DNA of 64,000 bases from a virus: positions 1 to 64,000 of the IMG/VR virus record IMGVR_UViG_3300037424_001643; one strand, 5' to 3'. The first letter of the stretch is position 1, and each line of letters starts with the position of its first letter. This document shows positions 14,822 through 23,633 of this stretch, piece after piece. A program made the translations under genes and the position numbers. The notes under the pieces were generated by a model. That model saw only the letters and a program-made list of their open reading frames with translations. It had not been told where the DNA came from and searched no databases.

Positions 14822-15326
14822 GAAAATTTTATTTGTGGGATTCGGTCGAAGCGGGAAAGATGAAGCCGGGATGTTCCTCGCGGAACACTGCGGGCTTCGT
14901 TACGGGGGGAGCACGTCATGGGCGGCGCTGCCGTTGATGGCGGAGTTCCTGAAGGTGCATCCAATGGTCGCTTGGGAGAACCGGCACAAGAATCGCGAGC
15001 TTTGGAAAGCACAATGCGACGTCTTCCGCGCGGAAGACCCGTGTCGGCTAATTCGCCTCGCGCTGGTGCAGGGCGACGTCATCACAGGGGTTCGCGGACT
15101 GCCCGAGATTCAGGCAGCACGCAGGGCGAATCTCTTTGACCATATCATCTGGGTGGCGAATCCGAGGGTGCCAGTGGACCCGACGGTCGATTTTGGACTC
15201 GACGAGTGCAACGGAGTCGTCGTGAACGAAGGCACCTTGGAAGAGTATCATCGCAAACTCGCCCAGATGGCGGCGTTCGCTTTCAGTGCCGAGAACTTTT
15301 CACCTTACGCACTCAAGCTGCTATGA
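14814..15326 (+). CDS. deoxynucleoside monophosphate kinase-like P-loop protein
   Basis: MAKKILFVGFGRSGKDEAGMFLAEH closely resembles the N-terminal P-loop of phage dNMP kinases (xLSGxKRSGKDT). Confidence 0.55.
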   Translation: MAKKILFVGFGRSGKDEAGMFLAEHCGLRYGGSTSWAALPLMAEFLKVHPMVAWENRHKNRELWKAQCDVFRAEDPCRLIRLALVQGDVITGVRGLPEIQAARRANLFDHIIWVANPRVPVDPTVDFGLDECNGVVVNEGTLEEYHRKLAQMAAFAFSAENFSPYALKLL

Positions 15327-16291
15327 CGGTGGGGACCAAAAGCGCCCTGTTTGGGGTGCATCAGTTTTTATATCACCCCGTAACTGTCGCCCTTGCTTGG
15401 CGACGACTCTACCGGCGGTGGCCGAACTGGGGTGAATGGGTGGCAATTTTTTTGCACGATAACTATTGGGGTCTTCCGAATATCGACGGGCCAGAAGGGC
15501 GGTTACACCCCGCGAGAAACGCCCGGCTCGCGCGATTTCTCGGCGGGAGGGAGGCGGAGGAATTAGTTCGTTTTCACTCGCGCGCCTTTTCCGAGGCGGC
15601 TGACCGGAATCCTTCCGCGCTCTGTGCGCCAGACAAAGCCTCTCTCCTCCTAGAGCCGGAGTGGTTCTATTTCTGGCGCGCGTCGGCGTCGGGAGAAATA
15701 GAGGAGTTTCGACGTAATGCGATTGCGGAAGAGTCCCTCTCCGTTGGCGCTTCCCGGCGGGAGTGGTTTCAGTTTTATCGACAAAAGATACAGAAACAGT
15801 TTATGAACGTGGTTTATTTGCCCTTACGGGAGGGCGTGTGGACGGCAGTAGATGCGGATGCCCCCGATTTCATCCGCCTACAGAAGTGGTCCCTGAATGA
15901 AAAAACGAGGGGTCGCGGGTATGCTTACCGGACCCTCTCCGGAACGAAATCCACCCAGCATCAGCACCTTCACAGGTTAATCGCGGGGGCCGCGCGCGGC
16001 GAAACGGTGGACCACATAAACGGAGACACCCTAGATAATCGGCGTTGTAATTTGCGTGTCTGTTCTACTTCCGAGAACAGTAAAAATTTGCGGAAGTGGG
16101 CGAGTCCGACTTCCTCGCAGTTCAAGGGAGTCTCAAAAATGCGGCCCGGAGCATGGCGCGCATATATCGTAATCGCGAGCAAACAACGGCATCTAGGGAC
16201 TTTTTCTGATGAAGTCCTCGCGGCGAAAGCCTACGACGCGGAAGCAAAGAAGCTGTTCGGGGAGTTTGCCAAGCTAAACTCCCCTGTTTGA
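15323..16291 (+). CDS. composite ORF: unknown N-terminal domain (LHD...HP...HS motifs) fused in frame to an HNH-AP2 endonuclease
   Basis: The ATG at 15323 forms an ATGA overlap. There is no stop before the HNH-AP2 module, which begins with its own Met at 15803. Confidence 0.65.
   Translation: MTVGTKSALFGVHQFLYHPVTVALAWRRLYRRWPNWGEWVAIFLHDNYWGLPNIDGPEGRLHPARNARLARFLGGREAEELVRFHSRAFSEAADRNPSALCAPDKASLLLEPEWFYFWRASASGEIEEFRRNAIAEESLSVGASRREWFQFYRQKIQKQFMNVVYLPLREGVWTAVDADAPDFIRLQKWSLNEKTRGRGYAYRTLSGTKSTQHQHLHRLIAGAARGETVDHINGDTLDNRRCNLRVCSTSENSKNLRKWASPTSSQFKGVSKMRPGAWRAYIVIASKQRHLGTFSDEVLAAKAYDAEAKKLFGEFAKLNSPV
15803..16291 (+). mobile_element. HNH-AP2 homing endonuclease (copy 2, intact module)
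   Basis: MNVVYLPLREGVWTAVDADAPDF (a family-typical N-terminus), the HNH core VDHINGDTLDNRRCNLRVCSTSEN, and the AP2 domain SQFKGVSKMRPGAWRAYIVIASKQRHLGTFSDEVLAAKAYDAEAKKLFGEFAKLN. Confidence 0.75.
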
Positions 16292-16330
16292 AGTATGCAA
16301 CCTCTCGGAAATCAAAAAACCCCTGACCAA

Positions 16331-16921
16331 ATGAAACTCCTCGTCATCCTAGTCTTCGCCCTGCTTCTATTATCGAAGTGCGCGCCCACAATTCCCGGAC
16401 AGAGTATCGTCAAGAGTGACCCGAACCTGCAATACCCGGCGCTCACCAGCGGCGTGGCGCTATGGCTGTCGGTCATCGAGACGTTTGACCCGGAGCTTGA
16501 GACCTCGACGACTCACTGCCCGCTCGACGGTCTGTATGCGAAGCCCCCGGCGGCGCACCTTCAGCAAATTGAAAAGTTCCGACAGAAGTTTCGGGACACA
16601 TCAAAGTTTCACCGGGATTCGCACGACTGCGATGACTTCGCCCGAGAGGCCACGTATTTGGCGAAGCGATGGAGCCACCGGAACTATGCTGAATTGCCCG
16701 CTTCCATCGCCTACGGGAGCGCTTACATCCGCATCGTCGGGCGGTATCCGCTGGGCGCTGGGATGGACTGTTCTCCCCAGTCTCCGGGCTATCACGTCAT
16801 CAATGTTTTTCAGCGCAACGACGGCAAGTGGTTTTTTCTTGAGCCGCAGAAGGGTAGAGTTGAGGAAGCCCTGTCGCTGATTTACGAAGGCGTCGTTGAA
16901 GTGTTGCGTATCGAAATATGA
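16331..16921 (+). CDS. putative secreted protein or lipoprotein (the track start 16295 is also possible)
   Basis: MKLLVILVFALLLLSKC is a signal peptide with a lipobox-like LSKC. The gene sits between two HNH-AP2 genes. Confidence 0.55.
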   Translation: MKLLVILVFALLLLSKCAPTIPGQSIVKSDPNLQYPALTSGVALWLSVIETFDPELETSTTHCPLDGLYAKPPAAHLQQIEKFRQKFRDTSKFHRDSHDCDDFAREATYLAKRWSHRNYAELPASIAYGSAYIRIVGRYPLGAGMDCSPQSPGYHVINVFQRNDGKWFFLEPQKGRVEEALSLIYEGVVEVLRIEI

Positions 16922-17267
16922 GCGGGGTTCGATATTTACCGCTGTCGCAGGGGAAAGTCGCGGTCATAGACGCGGACGATTTTGACCGGGTCGGTCACTT
17001 TAAGTGGAGTTACAAGGAATCAGGTAAAACGGGATACGCCGTCCGGTGCGTCGGCGGACGGAAAAACCCGAAACGACTTTGGCTTCATCAAGTTATTTTA
17101 GGCATTCCGTATGTGGACCACCGGGACGGCGACGGGCTGAACAATTGCCGGTATAACCTCCGCCCGTCCGATTCCGAGTCCAACGCCCGAGCATTTCGGC
17201 GAAAGCCCGTGACGAGCTTGCCCGGTCTCTCGGTTTCTCCGAAGAGGCGATGAACTTCCCCCGATGA
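16918..17267 (+). pseudogene. decayed HNH-AP2 (copy 3): HNH part intact, AP2 core deleted, AP2 tail in another frame
   Basis: Frame 1 gives MSGVRYLPLSQGKVAVIDADDFDRVGHFKW...VDHRDGDGLNNCRYNLRPSDSESN and stops at 17253. A second frame reads AKARDELARSLGFSEEAMNFPR*, which is the end of an AP2 domain (compare copy 1). That frame stops at 17265..17267, overlapping the helicase ATG. Confidence 0.6.
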
Positions 17268-18811
17268 ATCCCGCAGGACTGTTAGACTATCAGATTCCGG
17301 CGGCGGAAAAATTGGTCTCCGCCATCAACGTCTTTGGAGCCGCTTTGGACGCGAGCGAGATGGGCACCGGCAAGACCTATAACGCCGGGGCGGTCATCCG
17401 CCATTATGACTGTCCGACGTTGGTCATGTGTCCGGAAGTCACAATTCCCGGATGGCAGCGCATGGGCGCGGCGATGGGAATCGAGTTCAGTATCCTGAAC
17501 TATGAAATGCTCCGCACGGGCCGGACGCCTTACGGCTGGTGGGAGAATCCGCCGCCGAAACGACTCCCCACAAAATTCAAATGCACTCAATGTCGAACCG
17601 TCGTGGACCCGGAGAAACCGGTTCCGTGTCACCTTCACCACTTGGGCATTCACTGTGTAGAGACCGAAACTATTCCGCACGACTATGGCAAATTCACTTG
17701 GGCTCCCGAAATCAAACTGCTGGTCGTCGATGAAGCGCACCGTTGCAGCGCGGTTGATTCTCTCCACGCTGATATGCTCATTGCGGCTGGACGACAGAAG
17801 ATTAAAACTCTCCTGCTCTCCGCCACTGTTGCAGAGTCCCCGATACAGCTTCGCGCCATCGGATTTTTACTTCGATTACACAACCTCATTGACTCTCGAA
17901 TACCGGGCAGTCCTGTCGGGTTCTACAAGTGGGCAATGGGCCTCGGTTGTCGCAAGCTACCGTTTCAGGGATTCCATTTTGCTGTTGGAGAAGAACGGCG
18001 AAAGGAGATACTTTCTCGACTGCATTCCGACATCTTTACTCGGCGCGGATGCCGAGTCCGCATTGAAGACTTGGGAGATGCGTTCCCAGATTGTCAGGTC
18101 ACTGCGGAACTCTACCACGCCGAAAAAGCTGGACGGGCAGAAGAACTCTTCCGAACAATGGAAGAGGCAATCCGCACCCTCAATGACATTCGTGAGGGAG
18201 ACCCGGAACATCCCCTCACGGTGCTGTTGCGTGCAAGCCAAGAAGTCGAGTTGCTGAAGGTGCCCATCTTCGTTGAACTGACAACTGATGCGTTAGCAGA
18301 AGGCAAGCATGTCGCCCTTTTCGTCAACTACCGGCAGACGGTTGAGGAACTGTGTAAACGGTTGAAGACCCAGTGCCGCATAGACGGCTCCCAGACGGGC
18401 GTTAGGGGGGCCAAGGTGCGAGCGGCGAACGTGGAGGACTTCCTGCATGACCGGGAGCCTGTAATCGTCGCCAGCGCGGCGGCGGGGGGTCTCGGCATCG
18501 GACTGCACGACATTCTCGGGAGGTTTGGACGGCTGGGGCTGGTATCGCCCGGCTTCTCCGCGAAACAGTTTCGGCAGATTCTCGGGAGACTCCGACGGCA
18601 GGGCGGCAAGTCCACGGCGCTATATCGGGCAATCTTCATGGCGGGAACACCGGACGAAAAGCGGCACAAAGCGCTTGCAGCGAAGCTGGACTGTATCGAC
18701 ACACTGAACGACGGAGATTTATTTCCGAATCTGGTCTTGACAAAATTCCGCGAGCGGGTTATTGACTTAGAGACTGACATGCCGACAACACTGAAAACAT
18801 TCAAAATATGA
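17264..18811 (+). CDS. SNF2/DEAH-type superfamily 2 helicase
   Basis: Motif I is SEMGTGKTY, motif II LLVVDEAHRC, motif III LLLSAT, and motif VI QILGRLRRQG. A Cys/His insert is present (KCTQCRTV...CHLHHLGIHC). Confidence 0.8.
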   Translation: MNPAGLLDYQIPAAEKLVSAINVFGAALDASEMGTGKTYNAGAVIRHYDCPTLVMCPEVTIPGWQRMGAAMGIEFSILNYEMLRTGRTPYGWWENPPPKRLPTKFKCTQCRTVVDPEKPVPCHLHHLGIHCVETETIPHDYGKFTWAPEIKLLVVDEAHRCSAVDSLHADMLIAAGRQKIKTLLLSATVAESPIQLRAIGFLLRLHNLIDSRIPGSPVGFYKWAMGLGCRKLPFQGFHFAVGEERRKEILSRLHSDIFTRRGCRVRIEDLGDAFPDCQVTAELYHAEKAGRAEELFRTMEEAIRTLNDIREGDPEHPLTVLLRASQEVELLKVPIFVELTTDALAEGKHVALFVNYRQTVEELCKRLKTQCRIDGSQTGVRGAKVRAANVEDFLHDREPVIVASAAAGGLGIGLHDILGRFGRLGLVSPGFSAKQFRQILGRLRRQGGKSTALYRAIFMAGTPDEKRHKALAAKLDCIDTLNDGDLFPNLVLTKFRERVIDLETDMPTTLKTFKI

Positions 18812-19080
18812 CATTACGAAAACACAAAAACAACCGTTGGTTCCGTATCAAGTATCATTTCGAGAAGTCCATCCCGACGGGCCAGAGATGGACGGGCTCG
18901 AAGATGGTGCCGCGCTCCGTCGAAGTGAAGCCCGTGGGTCACGGAGTCGTCTTCCGCTACGGCAGCGAAGTGGGGGCGGTGGAACGGGCGTTTCGCCGGT
19001 ATCAGGACAACACCATACGCGTTACCTGCCGACTCGCCTACGCGTCGGAAATCAAGGAACACAATCTCCTCCCCCGCTAA
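18808..19080 (+). CDS. hypothetical protein
   Basis: 90-aa ORF with an ATGA overlap. Confidence 0.6.
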   Translation: MTLRKHKNNRWFRIKYHFEKSIPTGQRWTGSKMVPRSVEVKPVGHGVVFRYGSEVGAVERAFRRYQDNTIRVTCRLAYASEIKEHNLLPR

Positions 19081-19087
19081 GAAAAAT

Positions 19088-19894
19088 ATGCAACAACTCA
19101 ATCCAAATGACCTCGCGTGGTGCCTCCGGCGCACGCCCAAGAAAGTTCTCGAACTGCTGAAACTCTACCCCGGCAAGTTCTGTGTGGCGGGCGGCTTCAT
19201 CCGTTCCTGTATCGCGAACGAGAAAATCAACGACGTGGACATTTTCGCATCCGACGCGTCATACGCCGCGCTCGGCGCGGATTTTCTCGCAGAAGGCAAA
19301 GGCAATAACGGAATCGGCAGAGGTCGCATTCACAAGACCGATAACGCCTACACGATTTTCGGTTACGTGACGACTCCGCAAATCATTCACCGCTGGACGT
19401 TCCCGAACCCGCGTGACGTCGTGCCGAGTTTCGATTTCACGATTGCCTGTGCGGCGTTCTGGTGGGGGTCCGAGTTGACCGGTAAATACGGAAATTTCTC
19501 GGTCTCCGCGCCGGAGTGGACTTCGCTCTGTGACTCCGACTTCTATTCCGACCTCGCGGCGAAGCGGCTGGTTTACCGTTCGCCAGACCGCAACGAAGAC
19601 GCAGGCGGCTCCCTCTTAAGGGTATTAAAATTTTACTCGCGGGGGTATCGAATTCCGCTCGATTCGATGGGTGCGGTTATCGCCCGCCTCTGTCAAGGAG
19701 TGAAATGGAATGAAGTGGCCCGAGACGCGAGTCTTTTGAAAATCTCCGAAGAAGAACAGTTGGGCGAAGTCCTGTCGGGTCTCTTGAGGGAGATAGACCC
19801 AACACTGGACCCGAGTCATATTGCGCATTTGCCTTCGATAAAGGCGGCGCGAAATCTCGGAAAAGCGCCAATCGAAGAAGGAACAGACGAATGA
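19088..19894 (+). CDS. Pol-beta superfamily nucleotidyltransferase-like protein
   Basis: AGGFIRSCIANEKINDVDIF fits hG[GS]-x9-13-DhD. It also resembles the GGxVRDxxxxxxxxDxD head motif of CCA-adding and poly(A) polymerases. Confidence 0.45.
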   Translation: MQQLNPNDLAWCLRRTPKKVLELLKLYPGKFCVAGGFIRSCIANEKINDVDIFASDASYAALGADFLAEGKGNNGIGRGRIHKTDNAYTIFGYVTTPQIIHRWTFPNPRDVVPSFDFTIACAAFWWGSELTGKYGNFSVSAPEWTSLCDSDFYSDLAAKRLVYRSPDRNEDAGGSLLRVLKFYSRGYRIPLDSMGAVIARLCQGVKWNEVARDASLLKISEEEQLGEVLSGLLREIDPTLDPSHIAHLPSIKAARNLGKAPIEEGTDE

Positions 19895-19933
19895 GGGTTG
19901 ACGACACTGAGTAAGTGTTGTCCTCTTTTTTGT

Positions 19934-20452
19934 ATGGCGACTTTCAAGAACAGTGAAAAATGCGGGAGTGTTACCTACCTGTATTTTACCGGGGGCTTCC
20001 GGGCGGTGCTCGATTCCGTGGATTGGGACCGAGTAAAGATTCGTCGGTGGAGAGTAAACAAAGCCGGAGGGGGGTTAGCGTATGTAGCGGGCACCCGTCG
20101 CCTACCCAACGGAGAACCAAGGACCGAGTTTTTACATACCGTTTTGACCGGATGGCCTCGGGTTGACCATCACGACGGGAACGGCCTCAACAACTGCCGT
20201 AAAAATCTCCGGCCATGCTCGGGGTCCACAAACGCTCAAAATCAGAAGCCGCAGTCTCGTTCGGGGAAACACTCCCGTTTCAAGGGCGTTACTAAAAACC
20301 CCTTAAAGCCTAGTTGTTGGGTCGCGAGAATCCGGGTTCACGGGAAGTTAATCTACCTCGGGTCTTTTCAGGGCGAAATCGAAGCGGCGAAGGCGTATAA
20401 TCTGGCAGCGAAAAAACACTTTAACGATTTTGCGAGGCTCAATGAATTCTAG
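19934..20452 (+). CDS. HNH-AP2 homing endonuclease (copy 4, intact)
   Basis: HNH core VDHHDGNGLNNCRKNLRPCSGSTN and AP2 domain SRFKGVTKNPLKPSCWVARIRVHGKLIYLGSFQGEIEAAKAYNLAAKKHFNDFARLN. The ATG is at 19934. Confidence 0.8.
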   Translation: MATFKNSEKCGSVTYLYFTGGFRAVLDSVDWDRVKIRRWRVNKAGGGLAYVAGTRRLPNGEPRTEFLHTVLTGWPRVDHHDGNGLNNCRKNLRPCSGSTNAQNQKPQSRSGKHSRFKGVTKNPLKPSCWVARIRVHGKLIYLGSFQGEIEAAKAYNLAAKKHFNDFARLNEF

Positions 20453-21716
20453 CACTCGGACCCACCATATTTATAGCCCGTCGTCATTACAGATGCGCGA
20501 GGCGTGCCCCAAGTTCACGCAGCGCGGCGGGCCAGTGCATGAGATGGCGGTTATCGGCACCCTGCAACACGACATGGTCGAATCGCAGCTTGACGACGAC
20601 CGACTGCCCGACTACAGGGCTCAGGCTGTCGCGGAGTGTATCCGGTTCGGCGAAGAGCGGGCCAAGCAGTATCCCGGCTGTCGAGTCATCAAGGAGGACT
20701 ATCTCCCCATTGACGACGAGTTGCTCGCCGCGACCGAGATGGTCGAGTTTACTATTACCGACCCGGACACCGGGCTTGAATGTCCCGGCTACCGGCAGGA
20801 GGTTTACTGGTATCGTGGGACGACCGCCGGTTATCTGGATTTCGGTATCATCTCCGCCAACGAGACCGAAGGCGAGATTATCGACTACAAGTTCGGCAAC
20901 AACGCGGTCGAGGAAGCGTCCAACAATGCGCAAGGCATCGGCTACGCGCTCGGGCTCCGAAAGAAGTTTCCGAAGCTGAAGAAAATCACGGTAATTTTCA
21001 TCATGCCGCATCTGGATTACGTGACACAACACACCTTCACCGTGCCGGACTTCGGGATGATGTATCTGCGCGTTGTGACGATTGTCCGCCGAGCCATCGA
21101 AGCGCACAAGCGACCCGATGACTTTTCGATGGCGACTCCGAACACCTCCTCGTGCCTGTTCTGCGGGCTGGTGGGCAAGTGCCCGAAGGTCACGGAAATC
21201 GCACTGAAGGTGGGGAAGAAGTATCGCCCGCTTCAGGTGCCGGACAGTGTAACGCCCTCGTTGATGCTGGACCCGAACGACGTGGCCAAGGGCATCAAGC
21301 TCGCGGCCATCATCGCCGAGTGGGCCGACGCGTTCAAACGTCAAGCCACTGCGAAGACGGTTGACCATCCCGACTTCATCCCGGACGGATACATTCTGGT
21401 GCAAACGCAAAAGCGCGTCATCAAAAATGCGAAGGCGTTGGGCGAACTGGCCAAGAAGACTCTCTCCCGGCTTGCCCCCACTGTGGAGAAGTATGCCGAG
21501 TTGGAGACTTCCGTCGAGGCGTGTTACGACGTCGCGCTCGGCAAGCTCGAAAAACTTATCAGCACGGCGGCACCGCGGGGCACCAAGGAAGCGGAAGTCG
21601 ATGAATTCGGAGTTTCGGCTCTGAACTCCGGTGCCGTGGAGTTGGGCGAGCCCTTCGCGTTTCTCCGGCAAAGCCGGAAACAAGAAGGCGACAAGAAAAC
21701 GACCGAGAAGGCGTAA
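20442..21716 (+). CDS. PD-(D/E)XK nuclease, Cas4/RecB-like with 4-Cys cluster
   Basis: GYLDFGII...GEIIDYKFG provides the D...(D/E)xK motif. One N-terminal Cys (REACPKF) plus CLFCGLVGKC (CxxCxxxxxC) suggest an Fe-S cluster. The gene overlaps HNH-AP2 copy 4 by 11 nt. Confidence 0.65.
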   Translation: MNSSTRTHHIYSPSSLQMREACPKFTQRGGPVHEMAVIGTLQHDMVESQLDDDRLPDYRAQAVAECIRFGEERAKQYPGCRVIKEDYLPIDDELLAATEMVEFTITDPDTGLECPGYRQEVYWYRGTTAGYLDFGIISANETEGEIIDYKFGNNAVEEASNNAQGIGYALGLRKKFPKLKKITVIFIMPHLDYVTQHTFTVPDFGMMYLRVVTIVRRAIEAHKRPDDFSMATPNTSSCLFCGLVGKCPKVTEIALKVGKKYRPLQVPDSVTPSLMLDPNDVAKGIKLAAIIAEWADAFKRQATAKTVDHPDFIPDGYILVQTQKRVIKNAKALGELAKKTLSRLAPTVEKYAELETSVEACYDVALGKLEKLISTAAPRGTKEAEVDEFGVSALNSGAVELGEPFAFLRQSRKQEGDKKTTEKA

Positions 21717-21765
21717 GACTTTTGCCCGGTAGTCGGGCAGATTAACAACAGAAAGAAAAAACATC

Positions 21766-22719
21766 ATGGGTAACGTAAACTTCAGTAAGCCCGGCGAGGG
21801 CGCAATCGGCCAAGTGGCCAAGGTTGTCACCGAAAATCAGGCCGTCCCGACTCCGGTCGAGGGCGTCACGATTGACGTGGTCAACACTCACGTCGAACCG
21901 GCTGCGCAAGTGGCGGTGGCGGTCCCCGACGTGGCTCCGGCTGCGGCGGCGATTCCGACGACTTCGGCGCTTGTCCCGGCGGGTCCGGCGGCGGTGTCGC
22001 GTCACGAGAACTCGCCGGTCCAGTTTGACGACGAGAACATCGGATTCGAGGACGTCATTCTCCCTCGCATCAACATCGTTCAGAAGGTGGGCGACCTGTC
22101 GAACATCTTCGGCGGCGGCGAAGTCGTGCTGAATCAGCAAGTCGTGATTCACACTCCGGCGGACGTGGCCAAGAAGGTCGTGGGAACTCCGCCCATCAAC
22201 ATCACCATCCTCGGTTTCCGCCGTCGGCAGTTCACGGAGAAAGTCGGGGGCGGCAAAATGGGCCTGCTCGCCAACAACGAACAGGAAGTCGTGAAGCACG
22301 GCGGAACGCTCGACTACAACGAGTGGCAGGCTTCGCTGAAGCCCGAGAACGGCATCAAGCCGCTCCGATATTTTCAGCGCTTGGCTACCGCCGTTCTGCT
22401 CATTGAGCGTCCGGACTTCATGGCCGAAACCGACAGCGACCATATCCTGTTCCCGTATGAGTTTCAGGGGCGTTTCTACGCTCTGGCGCTCTGGGGCATG
22501 AAGGGCATCGCCTACACTGGCGCGGCGAAAGTCATCTTCACCGCTCGCAAGCTGGGTCACTTGCGCCAAGGATACATCAAGCAAGCCTACACGCTGACCA
22601 GCAAGCTCGAAAGCTACGGCGAGAACTACGCCTACAAGCCCGTGCTGGGCATCGGTGCGCGGACGTCTCCCGAATTCGAGCAGTTCATCCGCGCCGAGAT
22701 TCTCGGCTCGGGTAACTAA
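21766..22719 (+). CDS. hypothetical protein (possible ssDNA-binding or annealing role, from position only)
   Basis: 317-aa ORF with an Ala/Pro/Val-rich N-terminal linker. It sits between the Cas4-like nuclease and a strong terminator. Confidence 0.6.
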   Translation: MGNVNFSKPGEGAIGQVAKVVTENQAVPTPVEGVTIDVVNTHVEPAAQVAVAVPDVAPAAAAIPTTSALVPAGPAAVSRHENSPVQFDDENIGFEDVILPRINIVQKVGDLSNIFGGGEVVLNQQVVIHTPADVAKKVVGTPPINITILGFRRRQFTEKVGGGKMGLLANNEQEVVKHGGTLDYNEWQASLKPENGIKPLRYFQRLATAVLLIERPDFMAETDSDHILFPYEFQGRFYALALWGMKGIAYTGAAKVIFTARKLGHLRQGYIKQAYTLTSKLESYGENYAYKPVLGIGARTSPEFEQFIRAEILGSGN

Positions 22720-22737
22720 TCCGACGACGATACAACA

Positions 22738-22767
22738 GGGCAGGCCAAGGACGGTCTGCCCTTTTTT
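22738..22767 (+). terminator. rho-independent terminator
   Basis: GGGCAGGCC-aaggac-GGTCTGCCC followed by TTTTTT. Confidence 0.7.
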
Positions 22768-22773
22768 GTCCCC

Positions 22774-22801
22774 TTGACAGTCTGAATTTCCGTGTTAGAT
22801 T
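22774..22801 (+). promoter_or_regulatory. sigma70-like promoter, TTGACA-N16-TAGATT with TGT extended -10, 5 nt before ATG 22807
   Basis: It lies immediately after the terminator. This is the best consensus match in the window. Confidence 0.5.
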
Positions 22802-22806
22802 TGGGT

Positions 22807-23448
22807 ATGAATAGAGAATCTTGGCTCAATGCCGCCGTCGATGAATTTCGCCCGTTTTTTCTCGGACAGAACTTGAAAGTCCCGGACCTCTACGTCTCGT
22901 GCGGCTTCCCGTCTCGCAACGCCACCGGCACCAAGAAGCGCGCCATTGGCGAGTGCTGGGATGGTCTGCAATCCGCCGACAAGAAGCCCCAGCTTTTCAT
23001 TTCGCCGTTCCTCGTTGCGCCGTTGGAGCCGCAAGGCGTGCTGGCGACGCTCGCGCACGAGATTGTCCACGCGACCATCGGTTGCGAGGCGAAACATGGG
23101 CCGAAGTTCGTGGCCGCGATGAAAAAAGTCGGGCTGGAAGGCAAACCGACGGCCACCATCGCGGGTGAATTGCTTGTCGAGAAACTCCGTCGCATTCACG
23201 AGAAGCTCGGCGACTATCCGCACAGCGAGTTGAAGCTTGTGCGAGAACGCAAGGTCCAGACCACGCGCATGAAAAAAGCCGTGTGCTCGTGCGACGGCTG
23301 CGAATACACCGTGCGGCTTTCTCAGAAGTGGATTGACGAAGTCGGCCTGCCGATTTGCCCCGGCGGGACGGCGGACACGGCACACGGACCGATGAAAGTT
23401 CCTCTTCCGGTCGGTGAAGCGCCGGACGATGGCGAGGGGGAAGAATGA
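22807..23448 (+). CDS. SprT-like zinc metalloprotease-domain protein with C-terminal zinc ribbon
   Basis: LAHEIVHATIG carries the HExxH motif, and CSCDGCEY...PICPGG forms the ribbon. Confidence 0.5.
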   Translation: MNRESWLNAAVDEFRPFFLGQNLKVPDLYVSCGFPSRNATGTKKRAIGECWDGLQSADKKPQLFISPFLVAPLEPQGVLATLAHEIVHATIGCEAKHGPKFVAAMKKVGLEGKPTATIAGELLVEKLRRIHEKLGDYPHSELKLVRERKVQTTRMKKAVCSCDGCEYTVRLSQKWIDEVGLPICPGGTADTAHGPMKVPLPVGEAPDDGEGEE

Positions 23449-23633
23449 ATCTCTGCTCCGACGGTCACGACGAAGTTTGTTTTGAATGCCGAAGTTGCCC
23501 GGCGTGCGAGATGAAGGGAGAACGGGACGGTGCTCAATCGGAAGCGGGGGCGCTAGAAAGCGAACGCGACGAGTTGAAGACTGAAGTGAAGCTGCTCGGA
23601 CTTGAACTTCGGCAAGTGACCGGAAGCCAATGA
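23445..23633 (+). CDS. small Cys-rich protein with coiled-coil tail
   Basis: CSDGHDEVCFECRSCPAC followed by heptad-like ELKTEVKLLGLELRQV. Confidence 0.55.
   Translation: MNLCSDGHDEVCFECRSCPACEMKGERDGAQSEAGALESERDELKTEVKLLGLELRQVTGSQ

Noticed and set aside
20487-21830. 447-aa minus-strand ORF opposite the Cas4-like nuclease, and similar long antisense ORFs at 12009..12878, 21742..22584 and 26554..27477
   Set aside because: All lie opposite motif-bearing plus-strand genes. They are rich in Arg, Leu and Gly, lack motifs, and break the otherwise strict strand organisation.
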